A DNA stretch of 30,048 bases. Source: a virus (Duplodnaviria > Caudoviricetes). Position 1 is the first letter of the stretch. Every line of letters begins with the position of its first letter. The stretch lies in the IMG/VR virus record IMGVR_UViG_3300023197_000200, positions 1 through 30,048 of that record. One strand, 5' to 3'. Below, in pieces: positions 6,602 to 16,471 of this stretch. The notes under the pieces are model-generated. The model saw nothing but the letters and a program-made list of their open reading frames with translations. It ran no database searches and had not been told where the DNA came from. The position numbers and the translations under genes were made by a program.

Positions 6602-8229
6602 GCACGACCACGAGCGCAGATGTCGATGTCGACGTCGACACCATCCGCGACGTGATGGCCCAATACGCGCCGTCGACAGGGTCGGACCGGTACGCCCGGT
6701 TCATCGCGGATCTGCTCGGGCTTGAGCGCACGTACGTCCAAGATCACATCCTCGCCGCGCTGCATGAACACGAGCAGGTGGTCGTCTCCGCAGCGAACGG
6801 CGTCGGGAAGTCGTACATCGCTGCCGCCGGCGGGGTGGCCGCGCTCCACTGTAATCCAGATACCATCGTCAACGTCACTGCCGGGACGTCGGGCACGCTG
6901 AAGACGAACATCTGGAAGCCCGCCCGGAGCCTCTACCGGGATAGCCCACTCCCGGCGATGTTCGGCGGACGAACGATGGACGGCGACCGAGAGATCCGGA
7001 CGGGACTCGACGACGAGTGGTTCTTTGAGTGTGTCTCGCCGCGCTATCCAGACGACCTCCAGGGCCCTCACAACGACCACGTCATCTACATCATCGAGGA
7101 GGCAGACAAGCCGGGCGTTACCGCCGACCACATCGAGGCCGTCCGCTCGACAGGGACGGACGCGGATGACCGTGTGCTCGTCATCTCAAACCCCCCGGAC
7201 GGCAGCGGCAACGTCGTCCATCAGCTGATCGAGCATGACGAGTGGCACCATCTCCAGTTCCCGACGTGGGACTGCCACAACGTCCGCCTTGACCGCGGTC
7301 TCGAAGAGGGCGAGGAGATCGGCGGGCTTGCGACCACGCACAAGCTTGAGAGCGACTGGCGCGAGTACCATGACGAGCCGTGGCCTGGCCTTGAGCAGGC
7401 GATCCGGTGGTCAGACCCGTGGCTCGGCGCCGAGCCCGAGGCCCGCAGTGCCGTCCTTCCTGACGACCGCACCCAGATCCCGAACGACGAGTTCCGCGAG
7501 GACCTCCACTCGCTGTGGTACCGCCGGCGTTGCGGGATCGTCCCACCGGGCGGGGCGAGCGTCCTTCGCCCGCTCGATCCGGGCGACGTCCGGGCGGCGT
7601 ACGACCGGCAGCCGGGCCGGGTCAGAGACATGCCGTCTGCGGTCGGGATCGACGTCGCCCGCACCACGGACAACACCGTGATGGTCGGCGTCCACGACAC
7701 CGAGCTGCGCGTCCACTACGCGGAGCAGGGAGACAATCACGAACAACAGAAGCCAGAGGTCGTCGACGGGACAGCGTCGACGCCTGGCCTCTCGAAGTGG
7801 GCCTCGCCAGACGTCGCCGTCGACAAGGGCTACGCCCCTGGCTTCCACGACTACGTCAACGACCGTGTCCCGAACGTCGTCGGCTTCCAGAACGGGACGA
7901 AGCCCGTCGCGATGACGCGCTGGAAGGACAAGTGGGCCGAGTCGCTACATCACCTCGGTGAGTTTCTCGAACAGGGCGGCAGCATCGCGAGCCAGCAGCT
8001 CCGAAAGGAAGCCCTCGCCGCCGCCCGGGCGATCCAGTACACGCCACGGACGCTCGACAGTCGCGGCGAGAATGGCGCCGAGGTATACCAAGCGACCTCG
8101 AAGGACGCGATCAAAGACGAGCTCGGCCACTCACCCGACTATCTTGACGCGGCGCTGATGGCTATCTGGGTGCGAGACACGGATCGCGACGGGATCGATT
8201 CGGCCACGGCGTTCTCGATGGAGCTCTAA
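6598..8229 (+). CDS. terL: Terminase large subunit
   Basis: Walker A SAANGVGKS, Walker B YIIEEA, coupling motif ISNP, RNase H-like nuclease motifs GIDVA and SPDYLDA. Start re-assigned to the ATG at 6598. Confidence 0.93.
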   Translation: MSTTTSADVDVDVDTIRDVMAQYAPSTGSDRYARFIADLLGLERTYVQDHILAALHEHEQVVVSAANGVGKSYIAAAGGVAALHCNPDTIVNVTAGTSGTLKTNIWKPARSLYRDSPLPAMFGGRTMDGDREIRTGLDDEWFFECVSPRYPDDLQGPHNDHVIYIIEEADKPGVTADHIEAVRSTGTDADDRVLVISNPPDGSGNVVHQLIEHDEWHHLQFPTWDCHNVRLDRGLEEGEEIGGLATTHKLESDWREYHDEPWPGLEQAIRWSDPWLGAEPEARSAVLPDDRTQIPNDEFREDLHSLWYRRRCGIVPPGGASVLRPLDPGDVRAAYDRQPGRVRDMPSAVGIDVARTTDNTVMVGVHDTELRVHYAEQGDNHEQQKPEVVDGTASTPGLSKWASPDVAVDKGYAPGFHDYVNDRVPNVVGFQNGTKPVAMTRWKDKWAESLHHLGEFLEQGGSIASQQLRKEALAAARAIQYTPRTLDSRGENGAEVYQATSKDAIKDELGHSPDYLDAALMAIWVRDTDRDGIDSATAFSMEL

Positions 8230-8231
8230 CA

Positions 8232-8429
8232 ATGCACGTCACAATCCTCTGGACACAGACGGCCGCGGCGGCCCACGGCAGCGAAACGGTCTGGACAAAT
8301 ATCAGCAGCGTCGAAGCCACGCCGCAGGAACTCCGCCTGCACGCCCAAGACGGCTCGCCGCCGGTCGTCGTCGACCGCGACCACGTCGTCGCGTACAACC
8401 GCGCCGCCGGCGCGGAGGGGAGTGAGTAA
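8232..8429 (+). CDS. Hypothetical protein (65 aa)
   Basis: Exactly fills the TerL-portal gap; TAATG overlap with the portal start. Confidence 0.65.
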   Translation: MHVTILWTQTAAAAHGSETVWTNISSVEATPQELRLHAQDGSPPVVVDRDHVVAYNRAAGAEGSE

Positions 8430-10624
8430 TGCCACGCGATGCCGGGAGCGGCGGGTACGACACGGCCGCCCTCGCTGCGAGTAGCGACGAGGGCGACGCC
8501 GCCGACCGCGACGCGGCCGAGCCTCGCGCCCGTGACGAGCCGTTTTTCTTCGCCGACCGGCAGGAGTTCACCCAAGAGCCCGACGGGAGCGCGCTCGACG
8601 ACTGGGTCGACGAGTTCGCCGCGAACCCGCTGCTCCGTCGCCCGACGCAACTGTTCGTCTCGGACCTCCTTGAACCCGGCTACGAGCCGATCGTCGAGCC
8701 CGCCGACCCGAGCGTCGACGTCGAGGACTTCACCGAGCCGGAGGTCCCAACCGAGTACCCGAACAGTTCCTATCACGGCCTCGCGCTCTCGGATGCGTTG
8801 GCGCGATGGCTCTCCCGGTGTGGTATCAGCTCGGACTCCTACTCAAAGGACCTCACCACCGTCCTGTATCAAGCCCTGACCGACGCCTACGGCCGGCGCG
8901 GGACGGGCCTTCTCGAACACGTCTACGCCGACGCGAGCGAGCGCGAGCGCCTCATCGGCCTCCGGCCGTTCGCAGTCGACGATGTCACCGCGTATACGCG
9001 CGAGGGGAAGGCGCTTCTGTTACGTCCCGATGACGACCGGCGCGATCTCCAGGGCGACGACGGGTTGTCCGTGTCGCCGTCTCGGGCGCCGACGCTGTCG
9101 TATCCCGACAGCACGCCCGACACCATCCCACAGACGCCGGCCGGCAAGACGGCGGCGTTCGTTCAGTACGACGACATCTTCGCGTCACAGGAACTCGATC
9201 AAATTGGGTTCGCGCTCGACGACGTGACGATGTTCGCCCGTGACCCCGACACGGGCGCGGTGTTCGGGCGCCCAGACACGGCGACGGTCGTTGAACGGGC
9301 GAAAGCTATCCGGGAGATCTACCAGGACGTCGATCAGGGCGTGAAAAACGCGGCGTGGAACTCGCTGGTCGCGAACGTCAACACCGACAGCACCGAGGAG
9401 GCGAAAAAGATGCTCTCGGGGCTCGACCCGAACAACCCCGAGAGCGTGAGCGTCACGAACACCGACCCTGATATCACGGAGATCGAGGGGCGGACGCCGG
9501 ACGTGGTCACGCTCATCCAACAGCAGATCGAGTGGGTGATCTCGGCGCTCCCTGTCTCGCTCTACCGCGTCGGGTTCGAGGGCGACATCAACCGTGACGT
9601 GACCGGCGAGCAGGCGGACGACTATCAGGACGCACTCACGTCCGGGCGGCAGTGGGTTGAGTCGCAGCTCCGGATCGCGCTCGAACAGAAGGCGTGCGAG
9701 TTCCTGCTCGGTCACGCCCACCCCGAAGACGTCGAGAACACGGACGACCTGTATGGCGACCCCGGCGAGGTGCCCGACGTGCGCTTGCGGGTGCGGTCCG
9801 ACGACCCGCACTCGCCGCTGCGGAGTGAGCACTTCGACGCGGACAAGTTCAGCTCGTTGATGCAGGGACTCAAGCAGGCGGCACCGGGCGGGCAGGTGTC
9901 ACAACTCGTCGAACCGCGCGCGCTTGTGGATACGGTGCCGGGGTGGGACCCCGAAGAGGTGATGCCCGACGCGACGCAAGACGCGAGCCAGATGGGCGCG
10001 CTCGCACCGCTCGACGAGGCCGACCCCGAGGTGCGCGAGACGTTCGCGGATGCGGTCGGGGTTGACGACGCGGCGCTCGCGAATCGCTACGGCGAGGGTG
10101 ACGTCGTCGAGACGCCGGACGGGATCGGCGTTATCGCGGCGGCCATCACTGAGACGGTCGACGACGACGCACTGGCTGATACTGAAAGCGCCCCCGACCG
10201 CATTGAGGCATCATCGGACTCGCCGACCTACGGCGTCGTCACGGAACAATCGGGGCAGCCGGTGCGGTTCTACAAGGCGGCCGACCTCAAAGCGACCGAG
10301 ATCGACACCGATATCGATCCACTCGGTGCCGTGGAAGATGACGCCAGCGCCGCGTCGCTGTGTGAGGCCGGTATTGACGAGGCTATGCTCGCGTGGTCGC
10401 CGCCGGAGTCGTGGCGCGACTCGGACACGCCGGCTCGCCTCATCGCACTGGATGCGTTCAGTTCGATGGGCGGGAAACACGGCGGTGGTGACTCGAGCGG
10501 TGGATGTGTCTCGACGATGCGAGCGCGTGGCGTCAACGCCGACGAGTTCTGCGCCGCGTTCCTCGATTACGTCTACGGTGGATACGACTTCTGGCGTGGC
10601 GACTCGTTCCTCCCGGGAGACTAA
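8429..10624 (+). CDS. Portal protein with C-terminal extra modules
   Basis: Large gene between TerL and MuF; helical core with portal-like segments (VFGRPD, ISALPVSLYRVGFEGDINR). Confidence 0.8.
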   Translation: MPRDAGSGGYDTAALAASSDEGDAADRDAAEPRARDEPFFFADRQEFTQEPDGSALDDWVDEFAANPLLRRPTQLFVSDLLEPGYEPIVEPADPSVDVEDFTEPEVPTEYPNSSYHGLALSDALARWLSRCGISSDSYSKDLTTVLYQALTDAYGRRGTGLLEHVYADASERERLIGLRPFAVDDVTAYTREGKALLLRPDDDRRDLQGDDGLSVSPSRAPTLSYPDSTPDTIPQTPAGKTAAFVQYDDIFASQELDQIGFALDDVTMFARDPDTGAVFGRPDTATVVERAKAIREIYQDVDQGVKNAAWNSLVANVNTDSTEEAKKMLSGLDPNNPESVSVTNTDPDITEIEGRTPDVVTLIQQQIEWVISALPVSLYRVGFEGDINRDVTGEQADDYQDALTSGRQWVESQLRIALEQKACEFLLGHAHPEDVENTDDLYGDPGEVPDVRLRVRSDDPHSPLRSEHFDADKFSSLMQGLKQAAPGGQVSQLVEPRALVDTVPGWDPEEVMPDATQDASQMGALAPLDEADPEVRETFADAVGVDDAALANRYGEGDVVETPDGIGVIAAAITETVDDDALADTESAPDRIEASSDSPTYGVVTEQSGQPVRFYKAADLKATEIDTDIDPLGAVEDDASAASLCEAGIDEAMLAWSPPESWRDSDTPARLIALDAFSSMGGKHGGGDSSGGCVSTMRARGVNADEFCAAFLDYVYGGYDFWRGDSFLPGD

Positions 10625-10630
10625 CCGTCC

Positions 10631-11710
10631 ATGAGCACCCACTGCCAGCCGTCGACGGCCCGCCTCGGGAGCCCACCGTCCGAGGGTCAACGCGATCGCT
10701 TCGTCGCGGACATCCGCGGTCGGTTCCGGCCGATCCGCGGGCGCATCCGCCACTTCGCGGCCGTGGAAGACGGCTTCGGGCTTCGCGACGGCGCGCGGAA
10801 CGCCCGCCTCGCGAACGGTGATGACGACGACACACCCGGGAACTGGCCGCCGCCGCCGGACGGTGTCCGCGAGCGTGACAGCCCGCAGGCGAAAGCGCGC
10901 TCGTTCGTCGGGTGGCTCCGGCAGGCACTCACGTCGGCGGTGCTCGAGCCCGCGGACCCGAGCCTGCGCGCCCGGCTTCGCAACGCGAGCACCGATCGCG
11001 ACATCCGGGGCGTCCTCTCGGAGTGGGATCACTGGACGACGACCTACCTCCGCGGTGCGGCCCGCGAGGGGTGGGACGCCGGCGGCAACCGGCTCCGGAT
11101 TCGCGGTGGCGAGATCGCGTCGACGGCGCTCGATGACGACGAGCCGCTGTCGGCGATCTTCGATATCGGTGTGTCGCCGCGGCAGCTCCGGGCGCTGTAT
11201 CTCCAGCCCTACCAGCAGCTCTGGGAGATCACGAACGACGCGGCCGCCCAACAGGTGCGCGAGACAGTGACGCAGGCGTTCGCCGAGGGGATCGGGCCGC
11301 GAGAGATGGCGTCCCGACTCACGCAAGACGTCCGGACGCTCCAACACACCCGCGCCGAGGCGTTAGCACGTACTCACACCATCAACGCGCACACGACGCA
11401 CACGCTCGACCGCTACGAGGCGGCGGGCGTCGAGACCGTGAGCCACGTTGAGTGGACCGATTCGGCGGACGCGCGGGTGTGTCCGTTCTGCCGCCGCCTC
11501 GACGGCGTCGACCTCACGATCGACGAGATGCGGTCGACGCACGTCCAGTGGCGCGGGCAGATCTACCGACTCATGCCACCCGCACATGTGAACGGAAGAT
11601 GCACCCCCCTGCCGAACGTCGACGGAAGTGCAATTACGACGCCGCTCCGCGAGCGCGTCCCCGGTCGGATCGTCACCACGTCGGCCGACCCGACGCAACT
11701 CACAGCCTAA
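10631..11710 (+). CDS. Head morphogenesis protein (SPP1 gp7 / MuF family)
   Basis: RAEALARTHTINA, W..SADARVCPFC..LDG and PPAHVNGRC signature motifs. Confidence 0.9.
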   Translation: MSTHCQPSTARLGSPPSEGQRDRFVADIRGRFRPIRGRIRHFAAVEDGFGLRDGARNARLANGDDDDTPGNWPPPPDGVRERDSPQAKARSFVGWLRQALTSAVLEPADPSLRARLRNASTDRDIRGVLSEWDHWTTTYLRGAAREGWDAGGNRLRIRGGEIASTALDDDEPLSAIFDIGVSPRQLRALYLQPYQQLWEITNDAAAQQVRETVTQAFAEGIGPREMASRLTQDVRTLQHTRAEALARTHTINAHTTHTLDRYEAAGVETVSHVEWTDSADARVCPFCRRLDGVDLTIDEMRSTHVQWRGQIYRLMPPAHVNGRCTPLPNVDGSAITTPLRERVPGRIVTTSADPTQLTA

Positions 11711-11722
11711 CCCGCCACACCC

Positions 11723-14176
11723 ATGCCACCGACAACCACTATCGAGAGTCGAACCGCCAGCCTCGCCGACAGCGACGACACGATCATCGAAGGTGTCGCC
11801 ATCGGTGAGAATGACGTCACCCGAGGCATCGACCCCGACAGCGAGGACAACCGCGATATCCTGAAACTGTGGCCCGCCGACGCCCTCCGAAAGGGGGCCG
11901 CGACGCTCTCCGGCCATGAGATCAACCCGCTGCACTCCTCGCAGTCGGTCGGTGAAGTGGTCGATGCGTGGTATGAAGAGGGTGAGGGCGTGAAGTATCG
12001 CGCCCGGATCGACGATGAGGCGCTTGCGGGGCATGTCGACGCACACACTGTCTCGATCGAGGCCCGGCACTACCTCGGCGAAGAGGTTGACACGTCACGC
12101 GGCCCGGCGGTGCGCGTGTCGGACCCGACGTTCACCGGGCTCGCGATCGTGCAGAACGGCGCGGCGCCGTCGGCGACGGCGGAGACGGTCGCGGCGGCGC
12201 GGCCCGACACCGCGATCTGTGCCGACGTGCGGGCGGCGTTCGACGCCGACCCCGAGGCCGACGCGAACCGTGACGAGCAGGCTGACCCCGACACGGATGC
12301 CGACAGCGATGATGCGATGGCGGCCGAGGGCGACGTCCCCGCCGAGTATCGCTTCGACAACCCCGGCGAGGCCGTCGAGAAGGCCCAAGAGATGGGGTTC
12401 GACGCGGGTGACGACGCCGATGGCGAGGACCTGATCCACACGCATGGCGACGGTGCGGACACCGTGTTCATGCCCGGACCGTCGCACGAAGCACTCGTCA
12501 ACCGCCTCGAAGAGCAGGGCGACCTCGCTAGGGCAGCACTCCGCGAGGTGTCTGGTGTCTCCTTTGAGGACACGGCGACGGGAGAGCTCGACGAGTCGGC
12601 GTTACCGACCGAGGGCTATCAGGAGCACTATCTCTATCCTGGTGATACCAAAACTGCATCCAGTTACGCGGTGGTTGATGCTGACGGGCAGCTCCGGCGT
12701 GGGAACGTGGAGGCGGCCCACGCCCTCGGCTGTCGCGGCCGGTGTGACGACCCTGACGAGCACGACCGTCGTCTCCGGGCACTCGCGCAGGAATTTGATA
12801 GCGTCCCGCAGTGGGCGATGGACGAAGCCGAGGCCGCTGCCGCGGAGCACTTAGAGGCTGAGACTGACGCCGACGCCGAGGCGGCGGCGCACCCGATGGC
12901 GGACACGATCGAGGCCAGCGACATCGTGTCGTGGTCGTCGCAGGGGGACCGCCCCGCAGCGGGTCGCGTCATCGAGACGATCGACGAGGGACAGTACGAT
13001 ACTGAACTCTCCGGTGACGCGACCGTCAACGCCCCGGCCGCGCTGATCCGGCTGCACCGCCCGACCGGCGAGGGTGAGTGGGGGAGCACGGATGTGACGG
13101 TCGCCCACCGTACCGACACGGAGACGCTCTCCGTCCACGAGGAGTGGCCGGCGCTCGCCCGGATGCAGGCCGCGCACCTCGTCGACATCAACGGCACAGA
13201 GATTGACCTGACGCCACCCGACTATGTGGTGTCGGCCGCCGAGGCCGCCCTTGACGCCAAAGAGCAGTACGACACGCTCGCCGACTGCGGGACTGGTGTC
13301 GGTGAATCCCGGGCGCAGGCCATCGCGAACGCCGACCTCGCGCCGTCGGACTTCACCGGCGGCGAGAACACGGCCATCCCCGACTATCTCAACTCCCACA
13401 GCGAGGACGTCAGCGATATTTCCGACCCGCCGGCCGAGTGGGGAGAGGACACCTGGACCGACGGCTGCGGCCCGGTCCAGTATGCCCTGTGGGGCGGGAC
13501 GGCCGATGGCCGGGCGTTGGAGTGGTTTCCAGACAAAGAAGCCGACCTTGAGGCCGCGATGGAGGCCGAGGCGGCCGCGGGCGATGCACAGCACTCTGAC
13601 GAGCTGGCGGAATCCAGCACGGGACCGAGCGGGACCGGCCCGCAGTCTACTGACGAGTCAATGTCAAATACGGAACCCGACGATCCCGAGGAGCCGAGCG
13701 TGGAGGAGCTCCGCGCCCGCCTCTCGGAAAAAGACGACCGCATCGACGACCTCGAGTCCGAGGTCGAGACACTCTCTGCGAAGGTGGAGGCGACCGACGC
13801 GGCGGCCGAAGAGTACGCTGCCGCACTCGTCGACGCTGGCGAGACTGTCCTCTCCGAAGAGGACCTCGTCGACCGCTTCACCGTCGCGGAACTTGCCGCG
13901 AAGTACGACGAAACCGAGGCCGCCACGCTGGCGACGCCGGACGAAGATCCGGAGCCCGACGTGCGGTCGGGGGCTGACCCCGACGGCACGCAGACGGCGA
14001 CGCTGTCGGCGGCCGAGCAGGACGAGCGTGAGGAACTCAAGGCGCGGCTCGCCGAACTCGAAGAGGGGCCGCTGGCCGAGGCCGATGACGACGCGGAGTC
14101 GTTCAAGGCCCGCGCCGCGCAGCAGGAGGCCGAACGGATCGAACAGCAGATCGACGAACTGGAGGGTAACGCATGA
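11723..14176 (+). CDS. Prohead protease-scaffold fusion with several inserted modules (817 aa)
   Basis: N-terminal protease-like domain (IEGVAIGE, WPADAL, H...VGEV, VSIE, FTGLAIVQNGAAPSA); C-terminal acidic coiled coil; lies upstream of the capsid genes. Confidence 0.8.
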   Translation: MPPTTTIESRTASLADSDDTIIEGVAIGENDVTRGIDPDSEDNRDILKLWPADALRKGAATLSGHEINPLHSSQSVGEVVDAWYEEGEGVKYRARIDDEALAGHVDAHTVSIEARHYLGEEVDTSRGPAVRVSDPTFTGLAIVQNGAAPSATAETVAAARPDTAICADVRAAFDADPEADANRDEQADPDTDADSDDAMAAEGDVPAEYRFDNPGEAVEKAQEMGFDAGDDADGEDLIHTHGDGADTVFMPGPSHEALVNRLEEQGDLARAALREVSGVSFEDTATGELDESALPTEGYQEHYLYPGDTKTASSYAVVDADGQLRRGNVEAAHALGCRGRCDDPDEHDRRLRALAQEFDSVPQWAMDEAEAAAAEHLEAETDADAEAAAHPMADTIEASDIVSWSSQGDRPAAGRVIETIDEGQYDTELSGDATVNAPAALIRLHRPTGEGEWGSTDVTVAHRTDTETLSVHEEWPALARMQAAHLVDINGTEIDLTPPDYVVSAAEAALDAKEQYDTLADCGTGVGESRAQAIANADLAPSDFTGGENTAIPDYLNSHSEDVSDISDPPAEWGEDTWTDGCGPVQYALWGGTADGRALEWFPDKEADLEAAMEAEAAAGDAQHSDELAESSTGPSGTGPQSTDESMSNTEPDDPEEPSVEELRARLSEKDDRIDDLESEVETLSAKVEATDAAAEEYAAALVDAGETVLSEEDLVDRFTVAELAAKYDETEAATLATPDEDPEPDVRSGADPDGTQTATLSAAEQDEREELKARLAELEEGPLAEADDDAESFKARAAQQEAERIEQQIDELEGNA

Positions 14177-14583
14177 GCCTCGAACCCGGACAGTCGCACA
14201 AGGGCGATGCAACGCACACTGAAACGCGAGTCGCCGCGGAAACGATTTCGCCCGGTGACGCCGTCGCGCTCGACAGCAATGACGAGCTCATCGCCGCCAA
14301 CTCCGGCAGTAGCGACGTCGCGTATGGCGTCGCCGGCTACGGCAAGGACGGGTCGGACTACGCGTCGGGCGACCTCGTAAAGGTCACCTTTAGCGGCCCG
14401 GTGGTCGCGAACGTCGCGGGCGGCGTTGCCGGCGGCGTCGAGGTGTCCGAGTCGACGACCGACGGGCAACTCGCTGCCGGCTCTGGCGCGAAGGGCATCC
14501 TGACGATGTACGCTGAAGGCTCGTCGAAACTCGGCGAGGAGATCCCGAGCGTGCCGAGCGGCTACGCGCACGTCGACCTGTAA
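14173..14583 (+). CDS. Capsid decoration / cement protein
   Basis: AAETISPGDAVAL...YGVA...SGDLVKV...G pattern; sits between scaffold and MCP. Confidence 0.75.
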   Translation: MSLEPGQSHKGDATHTETRVAAETISPGDAVALDSNDELIAANSGSSDVAYGVAGYGKDGSDYASGDLVKVTFSGPVVANVAGGVAGGVEVSESTTDGQLAAGSGAKGILTMYAEGSSKLGEEIPSVPSGYAHVDL

Positions 14584-14614
14584 CTGAACGCGAACACTAC
14601 TTTCAACCACATCA

Positions 14615-15460
14615 ATGGCGCTTCCAAACATCAATCAGGTTATTGACCCGCAGACAGTCGCCGACGTGGCGACCGAACGGGTCGAAGCACAGACCGTCGT
14701 CCGCGAGTTCTTCATGAGCCCGCCGGGCGGCATCCCCGAGGGTGCGGGTGAATCGTTCCAGGTGCCGGTTCCGGCGGAGGAACTCGGCGAACCCGAAGAG
14801 GTCGAACCCGGCGCGGACACCACCTACGACCGCGAGACCTACGGCCGGCCGGAGATCGTCCGCCAGATCTTCAAGAAGGGCTCGAAGATCCCCGAAGAGG
14901 ACATCAACGACAACGTCTTCGATCTCGTGGCCGACCACATGGACGGTCACGCGAAGAACATGGCGAAAAAGCTCGACCGCGCGGCGTTTAGCGTGCTGGA
15001 CGCCGCCGCCCCGGCCGGGTCAGCTGTCTCGCAGTCCGGCGGTGCGGACGGCACGCTCCAGTTCGCCGACATCAACGCCGGCGTGACCGAGCTCGCCAAC
15101 CGCGGCGAGGACGGCTTCACGGCCGACATGGCGCTCGTCGACCCCGAGGGCAAGGAGTCCATCACGAACTTCCTCGCCGACCGCGGGACCGACCTCGGTG
15201 ACGAGGTCGTCCGCAACGGCGAGATCGGGACGTTCGGCGGCATCACGTACATGTTCACCACGAACGTGTCGCTTGACGCCACCTCGAACCCCGAGGCCAT
15301 CCTCGTCGACTCCGATCACTTCGGCTACGAGGGCGAGTGGCAGGGCGTCGACACCGATCAAGAAACCGACTTCGACAGCGATTCGATCAAGATGAAGATC
15401 AAGTCGGCGTATGGTTGGACCGACAAGCGTGATGAGGCGGCCGTCCGCGTGGAAGGCTGA
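14615..15460 (+). CDS. Major capsid protein (HK97 fold)
   Basis: 281 aa, strong codon bias, expected position; EVEPGA E-loop, AKNMAKKLDRAAF spine helix, GEIGTFGGI motif, C-terminal AYGW...EAAVRVEG. Confidence 0.9.
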   Translation: MALPNINQVIDPQTVADVATERVEAQTVVREFFMSPPGGIPEGAGESFQVPVPAEELGEPEEVEPGADTTYDRETYGRPEIVRQIFKKGSKIPEEDINDNVFDLVADHMDGHAKNMAKKLDRAAFSVLDAAAPAGSAVSQSGGADGTLQFADINAGVTELANRGEDGFTADMALVDPEGKESITNFLADRGTDLGDEVVRNGEIGTFGGITYMFTTNVSLDATSNPEAILVDSDHFGYEGEWQGVDTDQETDFDSDSIKMKIKSAYGWTDKRDEAAVRVEG

Positions 15461-15480
15461 TCGAGCACCGCCCACGTATC

Positions 15481-15858
15481 ATGCCTACACGCTTACATCT
15501 CAGCCGGCCGGCGGACTTCAGCGGGACGCTCTCGTTCGCGTTCGCGCCCGATGGCGAACTCACGTTCGCCGACGGCGTGACGACCGTCCCCGACGACGAC
15601 CCGCTGGACTGGCTGAGTCGCTATCCGGCGCTCGACGTCGCCGACGAGTCCGACGCGCCCGACACCGATCCGGACGCCGATGCGTGGGATGAGACGGACG
15701 TGCCGTTCGACCCGCGCGCGCTGACCGTTGACGAAGTCCGTGCCGCCGTCGACGAGTACGACTTGAGCGACGAGCAACGTCGCGACCTCGCCGAGTTGGA
15801 GCGCGCAGGTGATGACCGGACGACAGCCCTTGACGCCATCGACGCCCCGGAGGCGTAA
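15481..15858 (+). CDS. Hypothetical protein with a C-terminal small helical (HeH / Rho-N-like) domain
   Basis: LTVDEVRAAV...LAELERAGDDRTTALDAID; usual slot after the MCP. Confidence 0.7.
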   Translation: MPTRLHLSRPADFSGTLSFAFAPDGELTFADGVTTVPDDDPLDWLSRYPALDVADESDAPDTDPDADAWDETDVPFDPRALTVDEVRAAVDEYDLSDEQRRDLAELERAGDDRTTALDAIDAPEA

Positions 15859-15861
15859 CGC

Positions 15862-16218
15862 ATGACGATCTCGTTGACGCCGAGCGACATCCGTGACGCG
15901 GGCGACCTCGACAGCACGGACTATCCCGACCCCGAGCTTCAGTTCGAGGTTGACTACGCCGAGGGGATCGTCAACGACCGCCTGTCGCCGCCGAGCACGA
16001 ACAACACCGCGTACGTCCAGACGGCGGCGCTGCTCGGCGCGGCGCTCGCCGTCGACGGTAAGACGGTGACGGACGTCTCTCTCGGCGAGCAGTCGCTCTC
16101 GTTTGAAAGTGACGAGTCGCTGTCGCTGTTGGAGATGGCCTACGCCCGCGACCCGACCGGGCAACTCGAGGAGATCATCAACCCCGACAGCGACGAGCCG
16201 TTCGTCTTCACCGCCTAA
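15862..16218 (+). CDS. Head-tail adaptor protein
   Basis: Size, position and TPSDIR...A..IVNDRL...VSLGEQSLSF...DPTGQL pattern. Confidence 0.7.
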   Translation: MTISLTPSDIRDAGDLDSTDYPDPELQFEVDYAEGIVNDRLSPPSTNNTAYVQTAALLGAALAVDGKTVTDVSLGEQSLSFESDESLSLLEMAYARDPTGQLEEIINPDSDEPFVFTA

Positions 16219-16258
16219 TCATGGGCGCGGATAAAGAAGCCGGCTGGCTGGAGCGCGA

Positions 16259-16471
16259 CTACTTGCCCCGGCCGTCGCCGACGTGGCGGGTGTTCAGGAC
16301 CTCAACACTACGGAGGATCAGCCCGGCCTCCTGTGTCGCACAGTCGGCTGCGACCGCGAGCCGACCGCGTGCGAGTATCTCGTCGTGGTCGGGTTTCTCG
16401 TGGAGCGTGACATCACGGGCCTCGGCATCGTACACGCCAACGATCCCCCACGAGTCAATGCTCTGGTACCG
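16259..16471 (-). pseudogene. 3' fragment of a reverse-strand gene
   Basis: Minus frame RYQSIDSWGIVGVYDAEARDVTLHEKPDHDEILARG...GRGK has halophile-type codons, but its 5' end runs into the HNH fragment. Confidence 0.35.
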
